Assembly (NCBI GenBank): GCA_964291495.2
Contig: OZ219872.1
Coordinates: forward strand, 800,001 to 864,000
Length of the DNA stretch: 64,000 bases
Reading direction: 5' to 3'
From: Dehalococcoidia bacterium
Lineage (GTDB): Bacteria; Chloroflexota; Dehalococcoidia; UBA2979
Shown here: one piece after another, positions 48,712 through 58,656 of the stretch
How positions within the stretch are numbered: position 1 is the first letter of the stretch
Layout of the letters: every line of letters begins with the position of its first letter
Translations under genes and position numbers: made by a program
The notes under the pieces: generated by a model
Told to the model about the DNA's origin: nothing
What the model saw: only the letters and a program-made list of their open reading frames with translations
The model's database searches: none

Positions 48712-50133
48712 CTACGCGTCGAGGCGCTCGATCAGGTCGGCGTACTGGCCGAGGTGGCGCACGCTGAGGTAGCGCTCGCGCACCGTCTCGCGCGCCCGGC
48801 GGCCGAGCGCCTCGGCGCGCTCCGGCTGCGCCAGCAGCTCGCGCAGCCGCGAGCCGTAGGCCGCGAGGTCCGTCGGATCGGCGAGCAGCGCGCCGTCGTG
48901 GCCGTCCTCGATCTGGTCCTGGATGCCACCGACAGCGCTCGCGAGCAGCGGGCGGCCCTTCCACATCGCCTCGGTGACGGTCAGGCCGAAGCCCTCCTGC
49001 AGGCTCTTCTGCACGATCACCGCGGCGTGGCGCTGCAGTGCGTTGACCATCACCGCGTTCTCCTCGACGTCGTCGGTCGGCAGCGAGACTAGGTGGATGC
49101 GGTCGCGCACCGCCTCCGGCAGCCCGCGCCAGACGGCGATCGTCTCCTCGAGGACGTGCGCAGCCTCGGGATCGTCGGCGACGCCGCTGGTGTTCGGCCC
49201 GGCGAGCATCAGCCGGGCGTCTGTCTCCGCCGCGATCGAGGCGAAGCCCTGCATCACGCCGATCGGGTCCTTGAGCGGATCCCAGCGCGAGACCTGCACC
49301 GCCAGCGGGACGGCGGCGGCCGGCGGCGGGCCGGAGCGCACCACCTCGGCGCGCCGCTCGACGCGTCGAGGCGTTCCGTCCTGGCCGGTGAAGCTGACCG
49401 CGCCACCCGACTCGCCCGCGATCATCCCCGTGTGCGCGAGCACCGCGCGCACGGTCGCCGCGTCCAGGTCCTCGTTCTTCGCCGTCAGCGGGTCGAGCGA
49501 GGGTGGGATCAGCATCACCTCGCGGCCCGCGGCGAGCGCGGGGACGTAGGCCTGCCGCGTGAAGACAAAGGCGTCGACAGGCTCCAGGTACGGCGCGAGG
49601 AAGGCCCAGCCGCGCTCGGTCTCCTCGTTCGAGGCGTCGCTGCCGATGTGGCAGCGCCAGATCGAGGGGACCCCCGCGCGCGCGAGGTGCGGGGCGAGGC
49701 CCGCGGTCTGCGGATCGTGCAGGATCACGATATCGCGCGGGCCAACGGCCTCGAGTACGCCCGCGGCGTTCTCCTCGGCGACCTGCTCGTAGACGGCGCG
49801 CTCGGCCTCGCCGAGCGGGGTCCCGTCGCCCCTCGCGCCATGCAGCGCGTGGTGCATGCGCTTGGTGAGCGTAAAGAACGGCGCGACGCCCTCGATCACG
49901 AGCCAGCTCGTCTGCACGCCGAGGTCGCGCGCGTAGCCGATCAGCGAGGGCAGCATCTCCGCGACGCCGCCGCCGGTCGCCGTGGAGTTGATGTTCCAGA
50001 CGACGCGCCCGTCGAGGCGATCACGCAGCGAAGCGGCGCGGTCGCGCGCGGCGGCGACGACCTCCGTGCCGATTACGCCCTCGAGCAGGCTGAACGAGCG
50101 ATCCGGGACCGCTACCTCGTGCGGCTCGACCAT
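48712..50133 (-). CDS. treT: GT4 glycosyltransferase, trehalose synthase TreT-like
   Basis: NSTATGGGVAEML, HDPQT, WRCH, QVSRWDPLKDP, QKSLQEGFGLTVTEAMWK. Confidence 0.85.
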   Translation of the reverse strand: MVEPHEVAVPDRSFSLLEGVIGTEVVAAARDRAASLRDRLDGRVVWNINSTATGGGVAEMLPSLIGYARDLGVQTSWLVIEGVAPFFTLTKRMHHALHGARGDGTPLGEAERAVYEQVAEENAAGVLEAVGPRDIVILHDPQTAGLAPHLARAGVPSIWRCHIGSDASNEETERGWAFLAPYLEPVDAFVFTRQAYVPALAAGREVMLIPPSLDPLTAKNEDLDAATVRAVLAHTGMIAGESGGAVSFTGQDGTPRRVERRAEVVRSGPPPAAAVPLAVQVSRWDPLKDPIGVMQGFASIAAETDARLMLAGPNTSGVADDPEAAHVLEETIAVWRGLPEAVRDRIHLVSLPTDDVEENAVMVNALQRHAAVIVQKSLQEGFGLTVTEAMWKGRPLLASAVGGIQDQIEDGHDGALLADPTDLAAYGSRLRELLAQPERAEALGRRARETVRERYLSVRHLGQYADLIERLDA

Positions 50134-50321
50134 CGTGGCGACGCCCCCTCCCGGGCACGCCGTCCGCGCGGTCTGGCCGCCGGTGCGAGCTTCGCCCGAT
50201 CGCAGTCCAGCGGCGTTGCGACTTACGCGCAATAGCACCGCCCCGAGGCGCGCGACCCGCCACCCGAACGTGCAATTGCCGCCTGCGCACGCGGGCGGTA
50301 CGGTAACGGCGTGACCCCACG

Positions 50322-51164
50322 ATGACTGCAGCATCGCTCGATAGCACATCACCGAATCCGGACCCCTCGACCCTTCACCCCCCGCTCCGCACCAGGCTGC
50401 GCGCCGAGCTCGATGCCGTCGCCAACGGGCCGAGCCTGCTGGCGCTCGACTACGACGGCACGCTCGCGCCCTTCCGTAGCGAGCGCTCGGAGGCCCGCAT
50501 GCCCGGCGAGCTGCGCGAGCTCCTCAGCGCGATCGCGGCCTGCGAGGCGACACGCGTGGCGATCGTCTCGGGGCGGCCGATCGCCGAGGTGGAGGCGCTA
50601 CTCGGCCTCGAGCCGCTGCCGGAGCTGTTCGGCGTGCACGGCTGGGAGCGCCGCCTGCGGGACGGCCGCCGCGCCGATCACGCGCCGCCGCCGCGCGCCG
50701 CCGCCGCGCTCGAGGCCGAGTGGCAGCGCCTCGCGGGCGAGTTGGCGGAGGAGCGGCTGGAGCGCAAGTCCGCGAGCCTCGCCCTGCACGTGCGCGGCCT
50801 CGAGGCCGCCGAGGGCGCGGCGCTGATCGCGAGCGTCGAGCCGCGCTGGCGCGCCCTCGCGGCGGAGCACGCGCTGGAGCTGCGGCGCTTCGACGGCGGC
50901 ATCGAGCTGCGCTGCGCCGGCCGCAGCAAGGGCGACGTGCTGCGCGAGCTGCTGGCGGAGCTGCCCGGGGGCGCGACCGCCGCCTACCTCGGCGACGACG
51001 AGACGGACGAGGACGCCTTCCGCGCAATCGCGGGCCGCGGCCTCGGCGTGCTCGTCGCGGAGCAGCCGCGCGAGACAGCGGCCGCGCACGTCATCGCGCC
51101 CTCGGCGGTGGCGGCGCTGCTCCGCGAGTGGGTGCGGCACGCGCGGAAGGCGGCGGGCTCGTGA
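50322..51164 (+). CDS. otsB: Trehalose-6-phosphate phosphatase
   Basis: LDYDGTLAPF, SGR, KG, YLGDDETDEDAF. Confidence 0.92.
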   Translation: MTAASLDSTSPNPDPSTLHPPLRTRLRAELDAVANGPSLLALDYDGTLAPFRSERSEARMPGELRELLSAIAACEATRVAIVSGRPIAEVEALLGLEPLPELFGVHGWERRLRDGRRADHAPPPRAAAALEAEWQRLAGELAEERLERKSASLALHVRGLEAAEGAALIASVEPRWRALAAEHALELRRFDGGIELRCAGRSKGDVLRELLAELPGGATAAYLGDDETDEDAFRAIAGRGLGVLVAEQPRETAAAHVIAPSAVAALLREWVRHARKAAGS

Positions 51165-52516
51165 CGAACGGGCGGCGTCGCGTGGTCATCGCCTCGAACC
51201 GGGTGCCGCCCCCGCCCGCCGAGGGCGCGCCCTGGCCCGCGGGCGGCCTCGTCTCCGCGCTGCTGCCGCCGCTCGCCGCCGTGGGCGGCCTCTGGTTCGG
51301 CTGGAGCGGGGAGGCCGGCGACCCGGACACGCCGCCGCAGCGCACCGTCACCCCGGACATCGACTACGTCACGATCGACCTGCCCGAGCGGGAGATCGCC
51401 GACTTCTACGAGGGTTTCTGCAACCGCACGCTCTGGCCCCACCTGCACGGCCTCGCCGAGCAGGCAACGGCCCTCCATCGCGAGTACTCCACCTACCGCA
51501 CGGCGAACCGCCGCTTTGCGCTGGCGCTCGTGCCGCTGCTCGCGGCGGACGACCTGATCTGGGTGCATGATTACCAGCTGATCCCGCTCGGCCAGGAGCT
51601 GCAACGGCTCGGCTGGCGCGGGCCGCTCGGCTACTTCCACCACGTGCCCGTCCCGCCTCGCGAGCACTGGGAGGCGATCCCCAACCACGAGGCGCTCGCC
51701 ACCGCGTTCACCGCCTACGAGCTGATCGGCACGCAGACCCCGCGCGACCGCGACCAGCTGCGCACGCTGCTGCCCGCCGGGCATGCCGAGCACATCTCGA
51801 CGCACCCCGTGGGCATCGATCCGCAGCGCTTCCGCCAGTTCGCCGCCTCCTACGGCGCCGACCCCCTCGCGCGCGAGGGCGACGAGCGGCAGATCCTGTT
51901 CGGCGTCGACCGGCTCGACTACACGAAGGGCATCCGCCAGCGCCTCGAGGCGTTCGAGAGGCTGCTGCTGCGCGACGAGCGCTGGCGGCGCGAGGCGCGC
52001 TTCGTGCAGTGGGCCGCGCCCTCGCGGGGGAACGTGCCGGAGTACCAGGCAGAGCGCGCCGCGGTGATCGAGGTGGCCGAGCGCATCAACGCGCGCTTCG
52101 GCGAGCCCCACCCGGTCGAGCTGGACCTCACCTCGCACCCGCCCGACGAGGTCGCCGCCGGCCTCGAAGCGGCCGACATCTGCGTCGTCACCTCGCTCGC
52201 CGACGGCATGAACCTCGTCGCCAAGGAGTTCGCGGCTGTCCACTCCGCCGAGCACCCGGGCGTACTGGTCCTGTCCGACACCTGCGGGGCGGCCTCGCAG
52301 CTGACGGGCGCGCTGCCCGTGCGCGCGACCGACATCGGCTCGATCGAGGAGGCGCTGGAGCGGGGGCTGCGCATGCCATGGGACGAGCGCTCGCGCCGCG
52401 CTGCGGTGCTGCGCACGACGGTCGACTTCACGACGGCGGGCCGCTGGTTCCAGGAGTTCGTGCTGGAGCTCGAACGCCGCCGCCCCGGCGGCGCGCCGAC
52501 CGTCTTCCGCTGGTAG
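51161..52516 (+). CDS. otsA: Trehalose-6-phosphate synthase
   Basis: SNR, WVHDYQL, GVDRLDYTKG, DGMNLVAKE; GTGA overlap. Confidence 0.93.
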   Translation: MTNGRRRVVIASNRVPPPPAEGAPWPAGGLVSALLPPLAAVGGLWFGWSGEAGDPDTPPQRTVTPDIDYVTIDLPEREIADFYEGFCNRTLWPHLHGLAEQATALHREYSTYRTANRRFALALVPLLAADDLIWVHDYQLIPLGQELQRLGWRGPLGYFHHVPVPPREHWEAIPNHEALATAFTAYELIGTQTPRDRDQLRTLLPAGHAEHISTHPVGIDPQRFRQFAASYGADPLAREGDERQILFGVDRLDYTKGIRQRLEAFERLLLRDERWRREARFVQWAAPSRGNVPEYQAERAAVIEVAERINARFGEPHPVELDLTSHPPDEVAAGLEAADICVVTSLADGMNLVAKEFAAVHSAEHPGVLVLSDTCGAASQLTGALPVRATDIGSIEEALERGLRMPWDERSRRAAVLRTTVDFTTAGRWFQEFVLELERRRPGGAPTVFRW

Positions 52517-52880
52517 CCCCGGCGCCCTCCGGCCCCCTCTCCCCGCGGGAGAGGGCGGGGGTGAGGGCCGGCGCGTAGCGCCCCTCCGGGGGCGTACCGC
52601 CCTCCGATGCCAGGCGCGCGTCCTGCGTGGGGGGCGCTATTTCGATCGGACGTGCGGATACCTCGCAGGCCCCCACACCCCCAATCCGGCCCCCTCTCCC
52701 CGAGGGAGAGGGCGGGGGTGAGGGCCGGCGCGTAGCGCCCCTCCGGGGGCGACCACCCTCCGAGGCAGGGAGCGTGTCCCTTCGTGGGGGGCTGCGCCCC
52801 CCACGCCCCTCGGAGCCCTCGAGGGCGCATCCTCCGGCTCCCTCTCCCCCGGCGGGAGAGGGGTGGGGTGAGGGGGACGC
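52517..52880. repeat. Repeat cluster with an imperfect duplication of about 157 bp
   Basis: REP plus GCCGGCGCGTAGCGCCCCTCCGGGGGCG at about 52530 and 52688; third REP at about 52840. Confidence 0.85.
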
Positions 52881-52933
52881 CGCGCACCAGCGCGGCCCCG
52901 GCGCTATCGTGGAAGCGAACGGCAGGAGCAGCG

Positions 52934-53500
52934 ATGACCGCCCAACCCCCACCGCTTCCCCCCGACGTCCCCGGCAAGGTCGAGATCGACCCCGTCGAGC
53001 AGGTCATGCACGAGTTCCCCTACGGCATCTACATCGTCGGGTCCGTCGAGGACGGCGAGCCGAACGGGATGATCGCGGACTGGGTGATGCAGGTCTCTTT
53101 CGAGCCGCGGCTCGTCGCCGTGGCGTTCGAGGACGACTCGCGCAGCCTCGCGCGGATCCGCGCCAACGGCGTCTTCACCATCAACCTGCTGACCGAGGAG
53201 CCGGACAGCATAGAGCTGGCCCGCCAGTTCCTGCAGCCCTACGACGCCTCGAAGATCAAGGGCCGCAGCGACGAGGCGGCGGCGCAGCGCCACCACAAGC
53301 TCGCCGGCGTCGAGCACTGGCTGCGCGACTCCGGCTGCCCGGTGCTGGAGGACGCCCTCGCCTGGCTCGAGTGCGAGGCCGAACAGTTCGTCGAGGCCGG
53401 CGACCACGTCCTCGTGATCGGCCGCGTCCTCGACGGCGAAGTCCTCGTCAGCGCCGAGCCGCTGACCTCGCTCTACACCGGCTGGACGTACAGCGGCTGA
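52934..53500 (+). CDS. Flavin reductase-family protein
   Basis: PYGIYIVG, WVMQVSFEP, AWLEC, AGDH. Confidence 0.88.
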   Translation: MTAQPPPLPPDVPGKVEIDPVEQVMHEFPYGIYIVGSVEDGEPNGMIADWVMQVSFEPRLVAVAFEDDSRSLARIRANGVFTINLLTEEPDSIELARQFLQPYDASKIKGRSDEAAAQRHHKLAGVEHWLRDSGCPVLEDALAWLECEAEQFVEAGDHVLVIGRVLDGEVLVSAEPLTSLYTGWTYSG

Positions 53501-53516
53501 GGGGCGGCCCGCCGCC

Positions 53517-54491
53517 TCAGAACGTCGCGATCGGGTTGGCCGGCGATCCGGTGCCGCGCTCGAAGCGCAGCGGGTTGAGCGTGAAGCAGAACTCCCAGCG
53601 CCCGCGCTCCTCGCAGGCCACGGCGAGGCGTTCGAGGTGGGCGTTGTCGATCAGCCGCAGGCCCATCGCGACGAGCGCGATCTGGTGCACGGGCATGCGC
53701 GTGCGCTTGTAGTTCGGGTCAAGGTAGCGCGTGTCCGTGGTCACGTCGGAGCCGATCACCGCCGCGCCGCGCTCGTGCAGCCAGGGCAGCGTCGCCGCGT
53801 GGTAGCCCGAGTGCTCGTGCGGCGGCTCGGCGCCGGCGAGGATCGCCGCCTCGTGCTGCGCGCCGTAGCCGGTGCGCAGCAGCACCACGTCGCCCTCCTC
53901 GACGCGCACGCCCTGCGCCTGCTCGGCCGCCTCGAGATCCTCCGGGTAGACGCCGGGCGCCATCGGCAGCGGATCCTGACCGAGCGCCCGGGCGACGTCG
54001 AGCAGCACGCCGCGCGTCATGATGCCGTCGCGCATCACCTCGGAGGTCTGCTCGAGCGCCCCTTCCGAGGTCTTGACGAGGCCGGCCGAGCGGCCGTTGT
54101 ACATCTGGCCGTCAAAGAAGACGTGGGCGAGGCCGTCGATGTGCGTGAAGATGCTGCCGTGGAAGGCGAAGCTGAGGCGCTCGCCCGCCCACTGCAGCGG
54201 CTCGACGCCGGGCATCGCCGGGTCCTCGGGGTTGTCGCCGAGCGCGTAGCGCTCGCCGCTCTGAGCCATGTCGATCACCGGGTTGCCGCCGGCGAGCTGC
54301 TGGCCGCCCCAGGGGATCAGCCGCGAGCAGGAGATGCTGACGCCCTCGCGGACCAGCGAGGCGGCCTGCCTGCGCTTCGCGTCCGTGATCAGGTTGAGCG
54401 TGCCGAGGGTGTCGTCGTCGCCCCAGCGTCCCCAGTTGCTGAGCGTATCGAAGTAGGAGAGCACCACTTCCTGCGACGGGGCCTCTGGCAT
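53517..54491 (-). CDS. Cyclase/kynurenine formamidase-like metal-dependent hydrolase
   Basis: NWGRWGDDDTLGTLN, HGSIFTHIDGLAH, LLRTG, GTGSPANP. Confidence 0.88.
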   Translation of the reverse strand: MPEAPSQEVVLSYFDTLSNWGRWGDDDTLGTLNLITDAKRRQAASLVREGVSISCSRLIPWGGQQLAGGNPVIDMAQSGERYALGDNPEDPAMPGVEPLQWAGERLSFAFHGSIFTHIDGLAHVFFDGQMYNGRSAGLVKTSEGALEQTSEVMRDGIMTRGVLLDVARALGQDPLPMAPGVYPEDLEAAEQAQGVRVEEGDVVLLRTGYGAQHEAAILAGAEPPHEHSGYHAATLPWLHERGAAVIGSDVTTDTRYLDPNYKRTRMPVHQIALVAMGLRLIDNAHLERLAVACEERGRWEFCFTLNPLRFERGTGSPANPIATF

Positions 54492-54586
54492 GACTCACCT
54501 CCTGCGCGTCGATGCTGCGGATGCGGGCGCATCCTACGCGAAGGGGCGGAGCGCCGGGCCGGCCGGCGCGAGGAGCCGGAGGCGCG

Positions 54587-55699
54587 CTACGTGCCGATCG
54601 CCTCGCCGAGCTGGAGCCGCTCGAGGGCGTCGTAGGCCTCCTCGACCATGTCCATCACGACCTGGCGGGCGGGCTTCAACTCGCGGATGAAGCCGACGCC
54701 CTGCCCGGCGGGCGGGCTGATCCAGTCGTAGAGCTTGTGGTCCTCGGCCGCCTGCTTGATCTTGCCGACGAGCAGGCCCTGCAGCGGCATCGGCAGGTAG
54801 GGCGGGGCGTCGGGCTGCTCCCAGGCCTCCTTGAAGCGGTTGCGCACGGCGCGGTTGCGCTTGCCGTCGTCCGCCTCGTTGACCCAGGCGTCCTGCGCCT
54901 TCGCGTCGAGCAGCTTCTGCTTCGCCCACATCTCCGTGGCCGACTCGTGCGTAGCCTGCCAGATCGTGCCGGTCCAGACGCCGACCGCCCCGAGGACGAT
55001 CGCGGCCACGACGTGCTGGCCCGTGGTGATCCCGCCCGCGGCGAGGATCGGCGTGTCGTGCTGCCTCGCCAGCTCGGCGACCTCGGGAACGATCGAGAAG
55101 GTGCCGATGCGGCCGGTGTGGCCGGCCGAGTCCTGGCCCTGCGCGATCAGCAGGTCGAGCCCGGCGTCGAGCTCGCGCTGCGCCTGCCGCGCCATGCCGA
55201 TCAGGCCCCAGACCTTCACGCCGGCGTCGTGCATCTCGTCGAGGATGAAGGCGGGGCTTCCGAGGCCGGAGGCGAAGATCGGGATCTGCTCCTCCATCAT
55301 GATCTCGAGCTTGCGCCGCGTGTCGGCGAGGCCCTTCAGGCGCTGCGTGCCCCAGGGGCCGGGCGTGGTCGGCTCCGGGATGTTGTTGTCGCGCATCAGC
55401 CCGTCCATGAACTCGCGGTGCTGCTGCGGGATCTGCGCCTCGAGCTCCTCGAGGTTGCCGCGCACGTAGGAGGAGGGGATGGTGATGTCGACGCCGAACG
55501 GCTTGTCGCCCACCTGCTCCTTGATCCAGCGGATGTCGTTCTGCATCTCCTCGACGGTGTGCGTGCTGGCGCCGAGCATGCCGATGCCGCCGGCGTTGCT
55601 GACCGCGGCGGCCACGTCGCGCGTGTGGGCGAAGGAGACGATCGGGTATTCGCAGCCGTACTCCTCGCAGAGCCGGGTGTAGAGGGGGTCGTCGCTCAT
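54587..55699 (-). CDS. Nitronate monooxygenase/FabK-like flavoenzyme
   Basis: IAQGQDSAGHTG, ILAAGG, GVWTGT; paralog of 22583-23689. Confidence 0.85.
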   Translation of the reverse strand: MSDDPLYTRLCEEYGCEYPIVSFAHTRDVAAAVSNAGGIGMLGASTHTVEEMQNDIRWIKEQVGDKPFGVDITIPSSYVRGNLEELEAQIPQQHREFMDGLMRDNNIPEPTTPGPWGTQRLKGLADTRRKLEIMMEEQIPIFASGLGSPAFILDEMHDAGVKVWGLIGMARQAQRELDAGLDLLIAQGQDSAGHTGRIGTFSIVPEVAELARQHDTPILAAGGITTGQHVVAAIVLGAVGVWTGTIWQATHESATEMWAKQKLLDAKAQDAWVNEADDGKRNRAVRNRFKEAWEQPDAPPYLPMPLQGLLVGKIKQAAEDHKLYDWISPPAGQGVGFIRELKPARQVVMDMVEEAYDALERLQLGEAIGT

Positions 55700-55820
55700 C
55701 GTCTGGTCCTCTCGCTGCGGCCGGGGCGCGAGCCGCGCGCCCCGGGGCTGCATGGCGTGCTCAGGTTCGCGCCTTCGTGGCGCGCCGTCATGGTAGCAAG
55801 GGAGCGCCTTGCGGGGCGGA

Positions 55821-56756
55821 TCAGGCCGGCGCCAGTTCGCTGATCGCGGCGACTTCCTCGGCGCTGAGCTGCACCTCGCCGGCGGCGGCGTTCGAGACGA
55901 CCTGCTCCGGCTTCGTCGCGCCCGCGATCACGCTGGAGACCACGGGCTTCGCGAGCAGCCAGCCGAAGGCGACCTCCAGCAGGCTGCGGCCGTTGTCTTC
56001 GCACCACGCCTCGAGGCGTTCGACGATCTCCCAGTTGCGGTCGGACATGACGCGCCCCGAGAAGCGCGCGTCGGAGAGGCGGGCGCCCTCGGGGGCGTCC
56101 TCGCCGCGGCGGTACTTGCCGGTGAGCAGACCGCTGGCGAGCGGGAAGTAGGGCAGCATGCCCAGCCCGAACTGCTCGCAGGCCGGCAGCACCTCGGCCT
56201 CGATGCCGCGCTTGAGCAGGCTGTACTCATTCTGCGCGGAGACGAACGGGGTGAGGTGGTGGTGCCGTGAGATCCAGTGACAGTCCGCGATCGCCCAGCC
56301 GGCGAAGTTCGAGTTCCCGATGTAGCGCACCTTGCCCGAGCGCACGAGGTCGTCGAGCGCGCGTAGCGTCTCGTCGTGCGGGGTGTCCGGGTCCGGGAAG
56401 TGGATCTGGTAGAGGTCCAGGTAGTCCGTGCCGAGGCGGCGCAGGCTGGCCTCGACGGCCTGCATGATGTAGCGCCGCGATGCGCCGCGCATGAGCGGCC
56501 CCTCGCCCATCGGCACGCCGCACTTGCTGGCGACGATCACGTCCTGGCGGTCCGCGCCGAGCGCCTTGCCGAGGAACTCTTCGGACTTCGCGCCGCCGTA
56601 GATGTCGGCGGTGTCGAAGAAGTTGATGCCGGCGTCGAGGCAGGCGCGCACGACGGCCTCGGTGGCCGCGTAGTCGGCGCGCATGCCGAAGTTGTTGCAG
56701 CCGAGCCCGACGACGGAGACCTGCAGGCCCGATCGTCCGAGGTTCCGGTACTCCAT
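55821..56756 (-). CDS. Aldo/keto reductase
   Basis: FFDTADIYG, SLRRLGTDYLDLYQIH, GKVRYIG, PLASGLLTGK. Confidence 0.95.
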   Translation of the reverse strand: MEYRNLGRSGLQVSVVGLGCNNFGMRADYAATEAVVRACLDAGINFFDTADIYGGAKSEEFLGKALGADRQDVIVASKCGVPMGEGPLMRGASRRYIMQAVEASLRRLGTDYLDLYQIHFPDPDTPHDETLRALDDLVRSGKVRYIGNSNFAGWAIADCHWISRHHHLTPFVSAQNEYSLLKRGIEAEVLPACEQFGLGMLPYFPLASGLLTGKYRRGEDAPEGARLSDARFSGRVMSDRNWEIVERLEAWCEDNGRSLLEVAFGWLLAKPVVSSVIAGATKPEQVVSNAAAGEVQLSAEEVAAISELAPA

Positions 56757-56894
56757 CGCGTCCCCCTCCGCCCCGCGTCACCACGGGCGTCACTCCCGAG
56801 TGCGGTCGAATGTCCGCGAGTATACGGTCCGCCGCCGGAGGCGCATCATCCCGCCTGTCGTCCGTGGGGCTACCGCCCCCGATCCGCGCCCTCT

Positions 56895-57340
56895 CCTCCG
56901 GCCCCCTCTCCCGGGGGAGAGGGTGGGGGTGAGGGGGCTCGCCCGCGGCTACGCCTGCCTCGATCGGGTGTTCGCCCTCAGTGGCGCTCGCCCGGCGGGC
57001 GTCGGACGAGCACGCTGCGCGGCTCGGCTGGATTCCGGCTTCCGCCGGAATGACGGGGATGGGGAAACCGCCCCTCCGGCCCCCTCTCCCGGGGGAGAGG
57101 GTGGGGGTGAGGGGCTCGCCCGCGGCTACGCCTGCCGCAATGGGTTGTTGCGCCCTCGGGGGTGCTCGCCCGGCGGGCGTCGGACGAGCACGCTGCGCGG
57201 CTCGGCTGGATTCCGGCTTCCGCCGGAATGACGGGGATGGGGAAACCGCCCCTCCGGCCCCCTCTCCCGGGGGACAGGTTGGGGGTGAGGGGGCTCGCCC
57301 GCGGCTACGCCTGCCTCGATCGGGTGTTCGCCCTCAGTGG
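56895..57340. repeat. About 2.5 tandem copies of a 178-bp composite repeat
   Basis: Units start near 56895, 57072 and 57251; CTGGATTCCGGCTTCCGCCGGAATGAC at 57028 and 57206. Confidence 0.9.
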
Positions 57341-57374
57341 TTCCGACGAGGGCGCAGCCCCCCACAGCAGGGCG

Positions 57375-57785
57375 TCAGCGCTGGGGGTCGACGAACACCT
57401 CGCGGCGCGCGAAGCGCCAGCGCCCGCCGACGCGGCGCAGCGTGTCGTGGTAGAGACCGACGGGGCCGATGCCGCGTTCCGCGTGCCTCGAGCGATCCTG
57501 GTAGAGCCGCAGCAGGTAGACGCGCATCGTCGCCTCGTCGCCGTCGCCCTCGATGATCGGGCTGTTCGTCATGTGGCGCGCGGCGCCCGATCGCGCGTGG
57601 TCGCCGCGCGCGAACTCGACGAGGGCCGCGCGGCCCTGGACGTGCAGCCCGGCGCGGCGCAGCTCGATCACACCGTCGTCGGTGAAGCAGTCGGCGTAGG
57701 CCTCGCCGTCACCCGAGTCGATCGCGTGGGCGTAGCGCCCGAGCAACTCGAGGATCTCGAGGCGGTCGGCGGTGGTCAGCGGCAT
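57375..57785 (-). CDS. SnoaL/NTF2-family protein
   Basis: DRLEILELLGRY..AID, FTDDG, RH, YHD, WRFARR. Confidence 0.88.
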   Translation of the reverse strand: MPLTTADRLEILELLGRYAHAIDSGDGEAYADCFTDDGVIELRRAGLHVQGRAALVEFARGDHARSGAARHMTNSPIIEGDGDEATMRVYLLRLYQDRSRHAERGIGPVGLYHDTLRRVGGRWRFARREVFVDPQR

Positions 57786-57814
57786 CGCGGGCCCTCGGCG
57801 GAGGGTGCCTCCTG

Positions 57815-58483
57815 CTAGATGCCCAGGAACTCGTTCTGCGCGCTGAGCAGCATCACGTCGATCTTCGCCTGAAACTCATCGACGTCGAGGCTCATGATCT
57901 GCAGGTCGTGGAGCGCGCCGTCGCGGTCCATGACCTGGTTGCGCAGGCGCGCCTCGCGCTGGAAGCCCATGCGGCTGAAGACCTTGACGGCGGCCTCCTG
58001 GTCCGTGGTCATCTGCGCCATCATCTTCTTCACGCCTCGCTGCTTCGCGAACGCGAAGGCCTGCTCCGTGAGCAGCCGCCCGAGGTTCTTGCCGCGCATC
58101 TCATGCGAGATCAGCACGCGCAACTCGGCGACGTGCCGCGTCCAGCCGAGGCGGTCCGTGGCCACCGAGGTGTAGCCGACGATCGCATCGTCCCGCACGG
58201 CTGCGATCGTCGTGTAGTAGCCCTCTTCGATGTCCTCGATCCACTGGTCGACATTGGCCGGGTCCGTGATGTCCCGGCGCAGGAAGAGCAGGTCGTGCGC
58301 GGGCAGCTTGCGCGCGAAGTCGAGGATCGCCTCGCGGTCGCTACGCTCCAGGAAGCGCAGCGTCAGCGTCACGCCCTCAAGCGAGATCGCGGCGGGATAC
58401 TCGAGGGGTTCCGCACTCTGCGCCGCTACCTGATCGGCGATCTGCCCACCGAACAGTCGTCCGAGCCCTTGCAGCAGTCCCAT
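57815..58483 (-). CDS. GNAT-family N-acetyltransferase
   Basis: RHVAELRV, RGKNLGRLL, FSRMGF..EA.L. Confidence 0.85.
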   Translation of the reverse strand: MGLLQGLGRLFGGQIADQVAAQSAEPLEYPAAISLEGVTLTLRFLERSDREAILDFARKLPAHDLLFLRRDITDPANVDQWIEDIEEGYYTTIAAVRDDAIVGYTSVATDRLGWTRHVAELRVLISHEMRGKNLGRLLTEQAFAFAKQRGVKKMMAQMTTDQEAAVKVFSRMGFQREARLRNQVMDRDGALHDLQIMSLDVDEFQAKIDVMLLSAQNEFLGI

Positions 58484-58656
58484 CTCGGTCCCCCAATGAG
58501 CCGCAATCGCTCACCCCGGCCGCGCGCCCGGGTCCGGGCGAAGCGGTTCTCCCCCACAGTCTCCCCCTTAAGGGATCGCCTTTCAACCCTGTGACGCGCT
58601 TCACGGCCTGGAGGCGGGCCGCTGTCCTCCAGCGCAACCGCGCGTACCATCCGCGG

